Origin: Lachnospiraceae bacterium | GTDB taxonomy: Bacteria > Bacillota > Clostridia > Lachnospirales > Lachnospiraceae | Direction of reading: 5' to 3' | DNA length: 64,000 nt | Assembly (NCBI GenBank): GCA_017461775.1 | Contig: JAFTXD010000156.1 | Coordinates: forward strand, 21,088-85,087 | Shown here: one piece after another, positions 34,749-44,547 of the stretch | Position numbering within the stretch: position 1 is the first letter of the stretch | Layout: each line of letters opens with the position of its first letter | Translations under genes and position numbers: made by a program | Notes under the pieces: model-generated | Told to the model about the DNA's origin: nothing | The model's input: the letters and a program-made list of their open reading frames with translations, nothing else | The model's database searches: none

Positions 34749-36695
34749 TTAGAAAGCGTCAAGAACCTCAGCACCGGCACGTACAAAGGCAACGAATTCG
34801 TGGATTTCTGCGGAGATTTCGTATTCTCCTTTGGTGTAGAGACTCTTGTCCTTGGTAAGAATCCATTCTCCTTCGGGGAGGTATACTTTCTTTGTAGTTG
34901 CGCCCTGCATAGTAATTGGGGCGAAGATAATGTCATCGCCGAACATGTACTGTCCGTTTAAGGTATAATAGATTTCATCCTCCGGATACTCAAAGAACAT
35001 GGGGCGCATCACCGGATAGCCTTTCTTAGAGGCAATTTGCATCTGGGCACTGATGTAAGGACGGAGACGCTCACGGAGGAGGACTAAGTCCTTTAAGATT
35101 TCCAGGTTCCTCGCGCCGAAGCTCCAAAGCTCATTAGGGTCGCCGCTGGGCTCGATGATATTTGTCTTTTCCCCGTGCTTGATGCGGGAGCCGTGGAGAC
35201 GCATTACCGGGCTGAATACACCGAACTGGAACCAGCGCACAATCAGCTCTCTAAAATAGTCACTTTCGATATCTGCTCCGAAGAAGCCGCCGATATCCGT
35301 GTTCCACCAGGGGATACCGCACATGGCCATATTGAGGCCTGCATTTACCTGGTGAGTCAGGCTTTCAAAGGTGGAGGGAATATCCCCGGACCATACCAGG
35401 GAGCCGAATTTCTGGCTGCCCAGATAAGCACATCTGGTGAGAGTGATAATATCGTCCCTGCCCATGGATTTGAAGCCGTCATACGCCAGCTTGGAGTAGT
35501 AGTAGGGATAAAGAAGCCCCACCATATCCGCCCGGCCCTTGTGCCAGATTAAATTATCAAACTGCTCCGGGTGGATTTCCGGCTCGGCTTCATCAAACCA
35601 CAGGGCATCCACACCGTTGTCGATGTAGTTTTCCTTGAGCTTGCTCCAGACATACTCTCTGGTGGCTGGATTGGTCACATCGATTTCTGCCTGCCAGCCG
35701 TAGAAATTAAATACTCGGTCACTGCCCCGGGTGGTGCGCATCAGCATATTGTTCTCCGACATATGACGGTAGTTTTCGCTCTTTTCGTTGATAGTGGGCC
35801 ACATGGACACAATCAGCTTAGTGCCCATCTCGTGCAATTCCTCGGTCATAGCTTTTACATCCGGCCAGTATTTGGGGTCAAATTTGTAATCACCCTGCTC
35901 CGTCCAGTGGAAATAGTCTGCGATGATGGCGGAAAGGGGGATGCCCAGTTCCTTGTATCTTCTGGCAACACCAAGGAGCTCCTCCTGGGTTTCATAGCGC
36001 AGTCTGCTCTGCCAAAATCCCGTGCCCCAATCCGGCATCTGGGGAGCGTGTCCGGTTAAATCTGCCAGAATGGAACAAGCCTCTTTCGGACTACCACCGA
36101 TGATGACGTAATCAATGGCGTTGCAGCAGTCGCTGGTGAAGCGGGTTCTGTTGTTTGAGAGCTCTGCCAGACCGGTGGAAGGTACATTCCAGAGAAAACC
36201 ATAGCCCAGAGAAGAGTACACATAAGGGATGGTACATTTGGCGTTCAGGTTCACAATGTCTATGGAGGAACCCTTTAGGTCAAAGGGATTGTCCCAGCTG
36301 TGTCCCATACCAAAGAAATGCTCCCCTTCATTTGGCTCGAAGGTGATGCGGGCATTCCACAGGCCGCTGTCTTTGTTGGTATAGTGACGAAAGCCATATC
36401 CGAAGTTCTGTTCCGGTTTTTCTTCCAGAATTCTTTTCGCATCATAATAATAAGTGGTTTTGCCATTCTCTTCTAAAATAACCCGCAATTTGCCACTTCG
36501 CAGGGAAATGCTTTTTTCCTGCTCATCAATTTCAACCGCCCCTTCTCCCGGCATCAGGGAATAGTTTTCCTCAATAACCTGACACTCCGGGAAGGACTGG
36601 AAGCGAATGGTATTTTCCCCACAAGAGGAAATGCGGATAAGCTCTCCGTTCATGGAATAAAAAATCTGATGGTTCTCAATTTTTGTATTTTTCAT
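34749..36695 (-). CDS. Glycoside hydrolase family 31 (alpha-xylosidase/glucosidase-like)
   Basis: GFWQSRLRY, WFDEAEPE nucleophile, WSGDI, DIGGF and RLHG motifs. Confidence 0.92.
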   Translation of the reverse strand: MKNTKIENHQIFYSMNGELIRISSCGENTIRFQSFPECQVIEENYSLMPGEGAVEIDEQEKSISLRSGKLRVILEENGKTTYYYDAKRILEEKPEQNFGYGFRHYTNKDSGLWNARITFEPNEGEHFFGMGHSWDNPFDLKGSSIDIVNLNAKCTIPYVYSSLGYGFLWNVPSTGLAELSNNRTRFTSDCCNAIDYVIIGGSPKEACSILADLTGHAPQMPDWGTGFWQSRLRYETQEELLGVARRYKELGIPLSAIIADYFHWTEQGDYKFDPKYWPDVKAMTEELHEMGTKLIVSMWPTINEKSENYRHMSENNMLMRTTRGSDRVFNFYGWQAEIDVTNPATREYVWSKLKENYIDNGVDALWFDEAEPEIHPEQFDNLIWHKGRADMVGLLYPYYYSKLAYDGFKSMGRDDIITLTRCAYLGSQKFGSLVWSGDIPSTFESLTHQVNAGLNMAMCGIPWWNTDIGGFFGADIESDYFRELIVRWFQFGVFSPVMRLHGSRIKHGEKTNIIEPSGDPNELWSFGARNLEILKDLVLLRERLRPYISAQMQIASKKGYPVMRPMFFEYPEDEIYYTLNGQYMFGDDIIFAPITMQGATTKKVYLPEGEWILTKDKSLYTKGEYEISAEIHEFVAFVRAGAEVLDAF

Positions 36696-36772
36696 AGTGT
36701 GCCCCTTTCCTTGGATTGTACCTTTACTCTTACATATATCGTTGATATAATTATATTGTCTATTTGTGGGAG

Positions 36773-36811
36773 AAGATATAACTTTTTTGATGGGAAATAT
36801 AACATTATTGA
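36773..36811. promoter_or_regulatory. Putative AraC-type binding direct repeats
   Basis: AAGATATAACTTTTTTGA and GAAATATAACATTATTGA with 21-bp period between divergent GH31 and AraC genes. Confidence 0.45.
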
Positions 36812-36826
36812 CTTATTGGGAGAAAA

Positions 36827-37675
36827 ATGGATAAAACGAAGCTAAAAGAAACCTTGCAGCATGGAACGCCGGCATTTCCGGTGGCTATTTACAACAACAT
36901 ATTTGATAAGCACCAGCAGCTGCTGGCATACCTGCATTATCATAACGAATTTGAACTGCTGCTTGCCACCAGGGGAACACTGTGTATTCAACTGGAAGAA
37001 AATAGCTATGTTCTTTCTCCGGGAGAAGGAATTTTTATTAATTCCGGGTGCCTGCACACCATCAATGCACAGGATGAGGGGGAGCATGGATTTATTGCGG
37101 TTGTGTTTGATTATTCGCTGCTCTGTCAGGAGCATGAGGCGGTATTTGCCGGATATGTGCAGCCCTTGCTTATGGGGCGCAGAAAGGCTCTGGTGAAGCT
37201 GACGCCGGAGTTTGGAGATTTGATACGGGATATTTGTATCATTTACGAGGAGGGCGCTTTCGGGTATGAATTACGCATAAAGCAGAGTCTTTTACATATT
37301 TTTTATCTGCTGATGAAGGCTGGGGAGGACACCATGCCCGGGGTGCAGAACAGTAAAAGTCTTTTGGTGAAGGAAGTGCTGGATTATATAAGAGTAAATT
37401 ACGGAGAACCCATTTCCCTATCCCTTCTTGCGGAGCAGGTGCATGTGAGCAGGGAATATTTGTGCCGGACCTTCCGGGCACTTTCCGGCTCTACGCCTAT
37501 AGAATTTTTAAATCGCTATCGAATCCGGCAGAGCACGTTCCTACTTTCCCAGACGGATAAGAGTATTTCTGAGATTGCCCAGAACTGTGGCTTCAATCAT
37601 AGTAGTTATTATGGTAAATTATTTTTTGAGTATATGGGGTGTACACCCGGAGAATATAGGAAGCACAAGGGATGA
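36827..37675 (+). CDS. AraC family transcriptional regulator (cupin + HTH)
   Basis: LHYHNEFE cupin; ISEIAQNCGFNHSSYY...PGEYRK. Confidence 0.93.
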   Translation: MDKTKLKETLQHGTPAFPVAIYNNIFDKHQQLLAYLHYHNEFELLLATRGTLCIQLEENSYVLSPGEGIFINSGCLHTINAQDEGEHGFIAVVFDYSLLCQEHEAVFAGYVQPLLMGRRKALVKLTPEFGDLIRDICIIYEEGAFGYELRIKQSLLHIFYLLMKAGEDTMPGVQNSKSLLVKEVLDYIRVNYGEPISLSLLAEQVHVSREYLCRTFRALSGSTPIEFLNRYRIRQSTFLLSQTDKSISEIAQNCGFNHSSYYGKLFFEYMGCTPGEYRKHKG

Positions 37676-39396
37676 TGACAATAAGAGATGATTTCAGAAT
37701 GCAAAATCTGGAGATTATTACTGGTATTACCAAGACAGAGAAAACGGAGGTTTATCTGGTGTCGGGGGAGAAGGTGCTTGGTAATGATGTGAGATTTGCA
37801 GTCTTAAAAAGATACAAAAATGGAATATCCCGGGAGCATTACTTACGCATTGCAGAAAAGCGGGCACCCTATTTTCCGGTGATTTATGGCATTTGGCAGG
37901 AGGGGGCGGAAGGCTTTCTTCTGGAAGAGTATATCTCCGGGAAGACATTGCAGAAAGTGCTGGAGGAAGGGAAGCCTTTGCAGGCGACGGAGCTTACCCA
38001 TTATATGGCAGAGCTTTGCCGTGCGCTTGGGGTATTGCATGATATGGAGCCGCCCATTATCCACCGGGATTTAAAGCCAGAGAATGTCATGATTACCGCT
38101 GGGGGGGAAGTGAAGCTGCTGGATTTTGATGCTTCCAGAGAGTATAAGGAAAAACAGGAGAGAGACACCGTTTATCTGGGAACCAGGGAGTATGCATCAC
38201 CGGAGCAGTTTGGATTTATGCAGACGGATGTTCGAAGCGATATTTATTCCTGGGGAATTGTGTTTGCGGAGCTTTTGGAGCATGCTTCTGCGAATACGCA
38301 CTATATTCGCAGAGCGCGTAAGATTATCACCCGGGCTACCATGTTTGACCCGGAAAGACGTTATGGAAATATGCAGGCAGTACTTTCTGATTTGCAGAAG
38401 CTGGAAAAAAACAGAGGGGCAGCATTCATATGGGGATGTGGTGTCGTAGGACTGGCGGCGGTGGTAATGCTGCTGGCGCCAGATAAGGAGGTTCCCGGAG
38501 GGAAAACGGATTTGTTGCAGGAGCCGTCATCAGTTGCGAAGGTTCAGTTGGAAGAATCAGAGGTAGAAGTGCCGGAAGTGACGGTGGAGCCCCAGGAGAT
38601 AGACGAAGAAGAGACTACTTCAGAACCGGAAATATTATCCCTAGAAGAAGCCTACCATTATGTATCTCTGGAGGAGGAGCTTTTGCGAAAAAAATCCTAT
38701 ATAATGACCCAACATTCTTACTTATATAATTTCCAATATGATGTGAGTGATAAGGATGGCTGGTATAGTGAAACCCAGGAAACAGTGATTGGAAGAGATT
38801 ACCCTACATTTCGCTTTTTAAAGGCTTATCCAAGGGATGCCATACTCTGTAGTGATGAATTGCATGGGATGAATTTAAAGCGTATCTCCATCTGCCGATA
38901 TGATGAGGCGAGAGGGGAAAATGGGGAATGGATGACCTTGGAAGAGGGGGACTATACCCGGGATTATGATAATATCATAGGAGTAACTGCGGAATTTATG
39001 CAAAATCTGGAGCCGGGGGTGTATACAGTCCGAATGGAGACCGGAAATGAGGGAATCGATTCTGTGGGAGGATTTTATCTGAGTGTTCACGGTGTAGAAG
39101 ATAAGGTAGATAATTTTCTGTTAAGGGTATATACAGATATTGCCTATTATTCTTCGGCGAAGGGCAACGATGTAGTATTTTATGTCAATAATTCACCGAT
39201 GCCCATAACGGAGATTCACTTGGCAGAAAGTCCGGTTTCGCGTAAAGAATATGACATTATAGAGGGTGGTTATGGTGTTGTTTTCCATCCGGAATTACTG
39301 GAGAAGTATAAGGATTTGGAAGGTGTGGATGTGCAGATTACCATGGAGAACGGCAATCGGGCGGTATGTAGGATTATTAATTTGGATTTGTTCTAA
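37672..39396 (+). CDS. Membrane Ser/Thr protein kinase with extracellular domain
   Basis: HRDLKPEN, DFD, GTREYASPEQ and SDIYSWG kinase motifs; TM near residue 250-270; acidic linker; beta-rich C-terminal ectodomain. Confidence 0.9.
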   Translation: MMTIRDDFRMQNLEIITGITKTEKTEVYLVSGEKVLGNDVRFAVLKRYKNGISREHYLRIAEKRAPYFPVIYGIWQEGAEGFLLEEYISGKTLQKVLEEGKPLQATELTHYMAELCRALGVLHDMEPPIIHRDLKPENVMITAGGEVKLLDFDASREYKEKQERDTVYLGTREYASPEQFGFMQTDVRSDIYSWGIVFAELLEHASANTHYIRRARKIITRATMFDPERRYGNMQAVLSDLQKLEKNRGAAFIWGCGVVGLAAVVMLLAPDKEVPGGKTDLLQEPSSVAKVQLEESEVEVPEVTVEPQEIDEEETTSEPEILSLEEAYHYVSLEEELLRKKSYIMTQHSYLYNFQYDVSDKDGWYSETQETVIGRDYPTFRFLKAYPRDAILCSDELHGMNLKRISICRYDEARGENGEWMTLEEGDYTRDYDNIIGVTAEFMQNLEPGVYTVRMETGNEGIDSVGGFYLSVHGVEDKVDNFLLRVYTDIAYYSSAKGNDVVFYVNNSPMPITEIHLAESPVSRKEYDIIEGGYGVVFHPELLEKYKDLEGVDVQITMENGNRAVCRIINLDLF

Positions 39397-39413
39397 GGAG
39401 TATCAGATAATTT

Positions 39414-39842
39414 ATGCAAAAGACGACCAATGAACTGATGAATGAGCTGACAAGTGTCACAGATGTGGAGAAATTTTTGGAGGAGAATCAGGACGAGCTT
39501 TTGGACATCTCCCTTTCAGAGTATCTGCGACAATTATTGCAGAAGTATGGTTTGGACAAGAGTGAGATTTTCCAAAGAGCCGGAATGAAGGACAATAACT
39601 ACGGTTATGAAATCTTCCGCAGTGATAAAAAGAAGGCCTCCAGAGAAAAGCTAATTCGTATTTGTATAGGATTTCCACTTACCATTGAGGAAACGCAACA
39701 GGTATTAAAATTGGGAAAAGTCAGTCCCTTATACCCCAGAGACACTCGTGATGCACTTATCTTGTATGGGCTGAAAAAGGGGTATGACTTGAATAAGTTG
39801 AATGATTTGCTTTTTGAGAAGGGTGAAGATTTATTTGAATAG
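39414..39842 (+). CDS. XRE-like HTH protein, paralog 1
   Basis: LSEYLRQLL, NYGYEIF, ASREKLIRIC and LYPRDTRDA; 142 aa. Confidence 0.8.
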   Translation: MQKTTNELMNELTSVTDVEKFLEENQDELLDISLSEYLRQLLQKYGLDKSEIFQRAGMKDNNYGYEIFRSDKKKASREKLIRICIGFPLTIEETQQVLKLGKVSPLYPRDTRDALILYGLKKGYDLNKLNDLLFEKGEDLFE

Positions 39843-39852
39843 TGCAGATATG

Positions 39853-39893
39853 CAAAAAAGACTATTGGTGTGAGCGCGTCAATGGTCTTTTTT
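39853..39893 (+). terminator. Terminator between the HTH paralogs
   Basis: AAAAAAGACTATTG...CAATGGTCTTTTTT. Confidence 0.7.
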
Positions 39894-39982
39894 ATATGGA
39901 GTTTACGCTGTGGGCGCAAGACTGACATTACCAAAAAAAGTATAATTAATTCTAAAGTACCAAAGAGAAAGAGGAAGGGTTA

Positions 39983-40411
39983 ATGAGGAAAACAACAGAA
40001 CAGTTGATGGCTGAGCTGCAGAATACAAAAAATATTGATGATTTTGTGGTGAAGAATCAAGGAGAAATGATGGATATGTCATTGTCAAAGTATCTTTGTC
40101 TGCTGTTGGAAAAGTATCAAGTGGAAAAAAGTGATGTATTCAGGCGAGCAAAGATGACGGGGAGTAATTATGGATATGAACTGTTCCGGGACGATAGTAA
40201 GAAAGCCTCCCGGGATAAGTTAATCCAGATTTGCCTGGGATTTCCACTTTCTATTGAAGACGCGCAGGAGGTGTTGCGGTATGGAAAAGTAGGAGCATTG
40301 TATCCCAGGGATCAGCGGGATGCCTATGTGCTGTTTGCGCTGAAAAATGGATATGATGTGGAGACGCTCAATGATTTGTTATTTGAGCATAGTGAAAAAC
40401 TTTTTGAGTGA
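39983..40411 (+). CDS. XRE-like HTH protein, paralog 2
   Basis: 142 aa, aligns without gaps to paralog 1 (roughly 55-60% identical by manual count). Confidence 0.8.
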   Translation: MRKTTEQLMAELQNTKNIDDFVVKNQGEMMDMSLSKYLCLLLEKYQVEKSDVFRRAKMTGSNYGYELFRDDSKKASRDKLIQICLGFPLSIEDAQEVLRYGKVGALYPRDQRDAYVLFALKNGYDVETLNDLLFEHSEKLFE

Positions 40412-40434
40412 ATGATGTGAAAGGAGAAGGACAA

Positions 40435-42774
40435 ATGAAAAAAAGTAGTTTTGTTGGCGCATGTCTCTTGCTTCTGGGGATTGGTCTTTGGGGGAATCCC
40501 ATGGAGGTTGAGGCAGAGCATTATTATTATTTAGACACGCCCACCGTGAGCGGGAATGATTCCATTTCTGTAGGTAAGTGGTATGAAGGCGGAATGGTGG
40601 AAATGAATATGCTGGAGGGCATGCCGGAAAATGTAACTGCAGAGGATATGTTCAGTATAAATGCAACCCCGGATGAAGAATGTGCACAGTGGCTTAAGAA
40701 TTTGTCCGGTGAACTGGGAGATTTTCATATTTTTCTGGATAGAGATGTGGAGATACAGATAGGATCGCCGGAAAAAGAACTTCACGCTTTAAATATTTGT
40801 AATGATGGCGGAATAGTTACATTTTACGGAGATTTAGATTCGTTATGGACTGGATATGGGGACTCCAAAGATGGACAAAATTGGGGTGGAACTACGATTG
40901 TTCATGGTGATATTGGAGGAATTCATGCCGGAATGACAGGTACCTATGATTTTCCTATGAATTTGAACGGAAAAGTACAGGTAAATGGTAATGTTGGGGA
41001 ATTCACCTGGGTAAAAACAATGGTCTCCGAGACTTTGGAAAATACATATTATAGCGGATTTGTAGGAGATATTAATATCAGTGGAACCTTAGGAAGTGGT
41101 AAAATTCAGGAAATCGTATATGACTCAAGTGTTCAAAGAGAAACTTGGCAGGTCACCGGGCAAATCGGTTCCTGTGGAGCAAATGAATTCGCCATGATGG
41201 CGGGAGTGTTATCTGAGAAAGTAGTGGTAACAGCAGTGGAGCCGGAGTTGGGAAATTATTATTTCATGTATCGGCATTATCATGGGGATGGCGTTAATGG
41301 CGCATGGACTCGCTATGCATATAATAAAACCACAGATAAGCTAGCTTTTTATGATGATTGCAAGCTGGAGGATATTCCGAATGGAGCGGATGTGGGTATT
41401 TTCAGTACACCGAAAGCACTGACATTGGATATCAACTTGAATACATTGTCAATCGCAAATTCAGATAATGGCTATCCATTGGATGTGACGGTGAATGGAA
41501 ATGTGAACGAATTGCATTTGGAAATCTTCAATATGTCTTCCAGCGATGTCAACATATCAGGAGATGTTGATAAAATGATTACTGTTTATCGTTATAATCC
41601 GGAAGCAAATGTTACTCTTAATGGAAAAATCAAGGATGGGGAATATCAGAATAGCAGAGGTGTAGTACAGGGGTATTTTACAGCAGAAAATATGCCTATC
41701 ATCATTGCTGGTGAATGGAATCCGGCACTTTTCATGTATACCTCAAAAGAGGGAGATGCTATCGGATATGCACCCATTGAGAATGAGACAATTTCCGATG
41801 TTCTGGCAGGAAGTAATATTGGAGAAGAGGTAAAGATTTCCACTGGCGACGGGGAAAAGACGCTGGTAAAGGCTGCTGAGGTACTTATCCAGAAAACACA
41901 GGAAAGTGTCATGGAACAGTTGGAGCAGAAGGAAGAGCTGCAGGATTCTTTGGAAGCCTTAAAGGAGATGTTAAGGACAGAAGCAGAGAGTGTTAAGGAG
42001 GCGTTGCCGGTATGTGCGGTGGATATTAATATTAATACATATTTTGCAGATAAGGATACCGGTGATAAATACTGGGGAGATGCAAACTATGGAACAGAAG
42101 CAGTGACCAGTCTGGAGCAGGGAAGGAGTCTGGAGTTTACTGTAAAGGTTCCGGCAGAATATTTTGATGCAAAGGCAAAATACTCCATTATTCGGGAGCA
42201 TTTTAATGCGGATGGAACCAGTGTTATGGATGTGCTGGAAACGATTCAGAATGGCGATTTGTTAACCTTCGCATCGGACAAGTTCTCCACTTTTGTGATC
42301 GTAAAAGCCGAGATGGAAGATGCATCTGTGATTCCCACTCCGGCACCTACCACAGCTCCAGTGGTAACCCCGGCACCTACCACAGCTCCGGTTGCCACGC
42401 CTACAAATGCGGAGAGTTCTAAAGTAACCCTAGAGCCTGTGACCTATACGGTACAGCGTGGGGATACACTTTCCACGATTGCGTATAAGCATGGATTGCG
42501 CTTAAGAGAATTATTGGCACTGAATCCTCAAATTAAAAATCCGAATCTGATTTATTGTAAGCAGGTAATCGTGGTGGGAATGGAGCAGAGCGAGGAAGAG
42601 GAAAATGCCCAAATTCCACTGGGAGCAGAGCAGTATTATACGGTAGAAAAGGGGGACTCCCTGTATAAAATCGCCAAAGAGCACAAGATGCAATTAAGAG
42701 ACCTGGCTTCGTTAAACAGAGTATTAATACGACAAAAATACATTTATGCCGGTCAGAGAGTAAGAATTAAATAA
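40435..42774 (+). CDS. Secreted protein with C-terminal tandem LysM domains
   Basis: Signal peptide; PT-rich linker; YTVQRGDTL...NPQIKNPNLIY and YTVEKGDSL LysM repeats. Confidence 0.88.
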   Translation: MKKSSFVGACLLLLGIGLWGNPMEVEAEHYYYLDTPTVSGNDSISVGKWYEGGMVEMNMLEGMPENVTAEDMFSINATPDEECAQWLKNLSGELGDFHIFLDRDVEIQIGSPEKELHALNICNDGGIVTFYGDLDSLWTGYGDSKDGQNWGGTTIVHGDIGGIHAGMTGTYDFPMNLNGKVQVNGNVGEFTWVKTMVSETLENTYYSGFVGDINISGTLGSGKIQEIVYDSSVQRETWQVTGQIGSCGANEFAMMAGVLSEKVVVTAVEPELGNYYFMYRHYHGDGVNGAWTRYAYNKTTDKLAFYDDCKLEDIPNGADVGIFSTPKALTLDINLNTLSIANSDNGYPLDVTVNGNVNELHLEIFNMSSSDVNISGDVDKMITVYRYNPEANVTLNGKIKDGEYQNSRGVVQGYFTAENMPIIIAGEWNPALFMYTSKEGDAIGYAPIENETISDVLAGSNIGEEVKISTGDGEKTLVKAAEVLIQKTQESVMEQLEQKEELQDSLEALKEMLRTEAESVKEALPVCAVDININTYFADKDTGDKYWGDANYGTEAVTSLEQGRSLEFTVKVPAEYFDAKAKYSIIREHFNADGTSVMDVLETIQNGDLLTFASDKFSTFVIVKAEMEDASVIPTPAPTTAPVVTPAPTTAPVATPTNAESSKVTLEPVTYTVQRGDTLSTIAYKHGLRLRELLALNPQIKNPNLIYCKQVIVVGMEQSEEEENAQIPLGAEQYYTVEKGDSLYKIAKEHKMQLRDLASLNRVLIRQKYIYAGQRVRIK
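42340..42389 (+). repeat. In-frame tandem repeat (30-bp period) encoding the Pro/Thr linker
   Basis: CCGGCACCTACCACAGCTCC at 42340 and 42370. Confidence 0.85.
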
Positions 42775-42782
42775 TATACACA

Positions 42783-42819
42783 GGACACCTTCAAGTGCGT
42801 GGGCATTTGAAGGTGTTTT
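42783..42819 (+). terminator. Rho-independent terminator
   Basis: GGACACCTTCAAGTGC...GCATTTGAAGGTGTTTT. Confidence 0.7.
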
Positions 42820-42947
42820 GCTGTAGGAACAAAGATATGATACAATGCGAAGGAGAAGTTATAAAATTCCATAAACGGGAAAAACTAAGAAAATGCAAAG
42901 TGTAAATTTGTTTATCTCAAAAGTGATATAAGATAGGAGTTAGAACG

Positions 42948-43892
42948 TTGGTTTATTTATTTGTGATTGTATTATTGGTGGCCTATGTGTTAACGATTTC
43001 GTACGTCAGCTACCGGATTGCCTTTCAGGCACCCAAAAGGCGGGAAGGGGACGGGCCGCCTACGCCCGGCGGCCCCCAATATCCGCAGTATAAGGAGACC
43101 ATAGACCGTTGTATCTGGGAGATTATGGACAGGCCCTATGAGAGCGTTTCTATCTCTTCCTTTGACGGGTTGAAGCTGTCCGGCAGGTACTATCATGTGG
43201 CAGATGGCGCGCCCTTTCAGATTCAGTTTCATGGATATAAAAGCAGTGGGTATGTGGATTTTTGCGGTGGTACCAAGCTGGCTATAAAGCTGGGCTACAA
43301 TGTACTGGTGGTGGACCAGCGTTCTCACGGAAAAAGTGAAGGGAAGACAATTACCTTTGGGGTGAAGGAGCGAAGGGATTGCCTTGGCTGGATTGATTAT
43401 GTGTTACAGCGTTTTGGACAGGATACGAAGATTGTGTTGGCAGGCATTTCCATGGGAGCGGCTACGGTGTTAATGGCCAGCCAGGAGAAGCTGCCCGCAA
43501 ATGTAAAAGGAATCATGGCCGATTGTCCCTATTCCTCACCGAAGGAGATTATTTGCAAGGTAGGAAGAGAACTGCATTTTCCTCTAATACTGTTATATCC
43601 CTTTATAAAGCTGGGTGCCAGAGTGTTTGGCGGATTTGCTTTGGAGGAGAGTAGTGCAGTGGAGGCAGTGAAAAACGCGAAAGTTCCAATACTTTTGATT
43701 CATGGGGAGGCAGATGGCTTTGTACCCTGTGAGATGAGTCATGCTATCAAGGCTACCGGAGGAGACATTGTAGAGCTTCACACCTTTCCTGAGGCTACCC
43801 ATGGCATGAGTTATATGGTGGATGCCAAGCGCTACGAGGAGATAACCATAAACTTTTTAGAGCGGATAATGAATGGAGAAAACAGAACATAA
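42948..43892 (+). CDS. Alpha/beta hydrolase (membrane-anchored)
   Basis: HGY, GISMGA nucleophile elbow, IHGEAD and H in EATHG. Confidence 0.9.
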   Translation: MVYLFVIVLLVAYVLTISYVSYRIAFQAPKRREGDGPPTPGGPQYPQYKETIDRCIWEIMDRPYESVSISSFDGLKLSGRYYHVADGAPFQIQFHGYKSSGYVDFCGGTKLAIKLGYNVLVVDQRSHGKSEGKTITFGVKERRDCLGWIDYVLQRFGQDTKIVLAGISMGAATVLMASQEKLPANVKGIMADCPYSSPKEIICKVGRELHFPLILLYPFIKLGARVFGGFALEESSAVEAVKNAKVPILLIHGEADGFVPCEMSHAIKATGGDIVELHTFPEATHGMSYMVDAKRYEEITINFLERIMNGENRT

Positions 43893-43926
43893 ATAAAAGC
43901 TGGCCCTGTTAAGCCAGCTTTTATTT
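43891..43926. terminator. Bidirectional terminator
   Basis: AAATAAAAGCTGGC...GCCAGCTTTTATTT between convergent genes. Confidence 0.8.
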
Positions 43927-43942
43927 AATATATGGGAGTCAA

Positions 43943-44341
43943 TTAAATGTGAACTTCTTCCTTTAACCATGCTAAGGCTTCGTCAACAGTAGCGAAGTGT
44001 CCTTCTAAGATACCGGTCTCGGAACGCTGTGTGTTTTTCTGCGCCTGAACCTTTAACATGATGGAGTTGCCTTCTGCGAAAGCAAATGCCTTGCAACCTG
44101 CTTCTACGAATTTCTTGGTCATTTCCACCAACACGCGTCCTTCAGCAGGGGTAACAGGATCCATCTTAGAGCAATCTGCGATGTATGCCCATCCGGCAGA
44201 TTTCCAAGCAGAAGCGCTGGATAAAACAGTTTCTGTAAGCCAATTAAGTTCGTCTGCGTTGGTTTTGCCTACACCTGCGGAAAGAACGATTTTTCTTCCG
44301 GAAATAGTTTCAACGGTCTGTGCACCCATGTTTTTTGCCAT
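43943..44341 (-). CDS. Hypothetical protein (STAS/SpoIIAA-like fold possible)
   Basis: AAAGGAG RBS; WAYIADCSKM and C-terminal HFATVDEALAWL. Confidence 0.7.
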   Translation of the reverse strand: MAKNMGAQTVETISGRKIVLSAGVGKTNADELNWLTETVLSSASAWKSAGWAYIADCSKMDPVTPAEGRVLVEMTKKFVEAGCKAFAFAEGNSIMLKVQAQKNTQRSETGILEGHFATVDEALAWLKEEVHI

Positions 44342-44491
44342 AGTGTATTCTCCTTTAGCTTTGATTATTATTTAATCTGTAAAAAGTCTTATAATTCACT
44401 TGTAAAGTGGTAAATTTACAGAATGTTCCTATAAAGCATTATAAGACAAAAGTACTAGTTTGTCAATCCGACGAAAAATAAAAATGGAATA

Positions 44492-44520
44492 TTGCATTCG
44501 AACAGATGTTCTGATATAAT
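44492..44520 (+). promoter_or_regulatory. SOS promoter with LexA (Cheo) box
   Basis: TTGCAT(44492)-17 bp-TATAAT(44515) with CGAACAGATGTTCT (GAAC-N4-GTTC) in the spacer. Confidence 0.8.
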
Positions 44521-44547
44521 AAAATTCCAGAGAAAAAGGAGGTAGCC

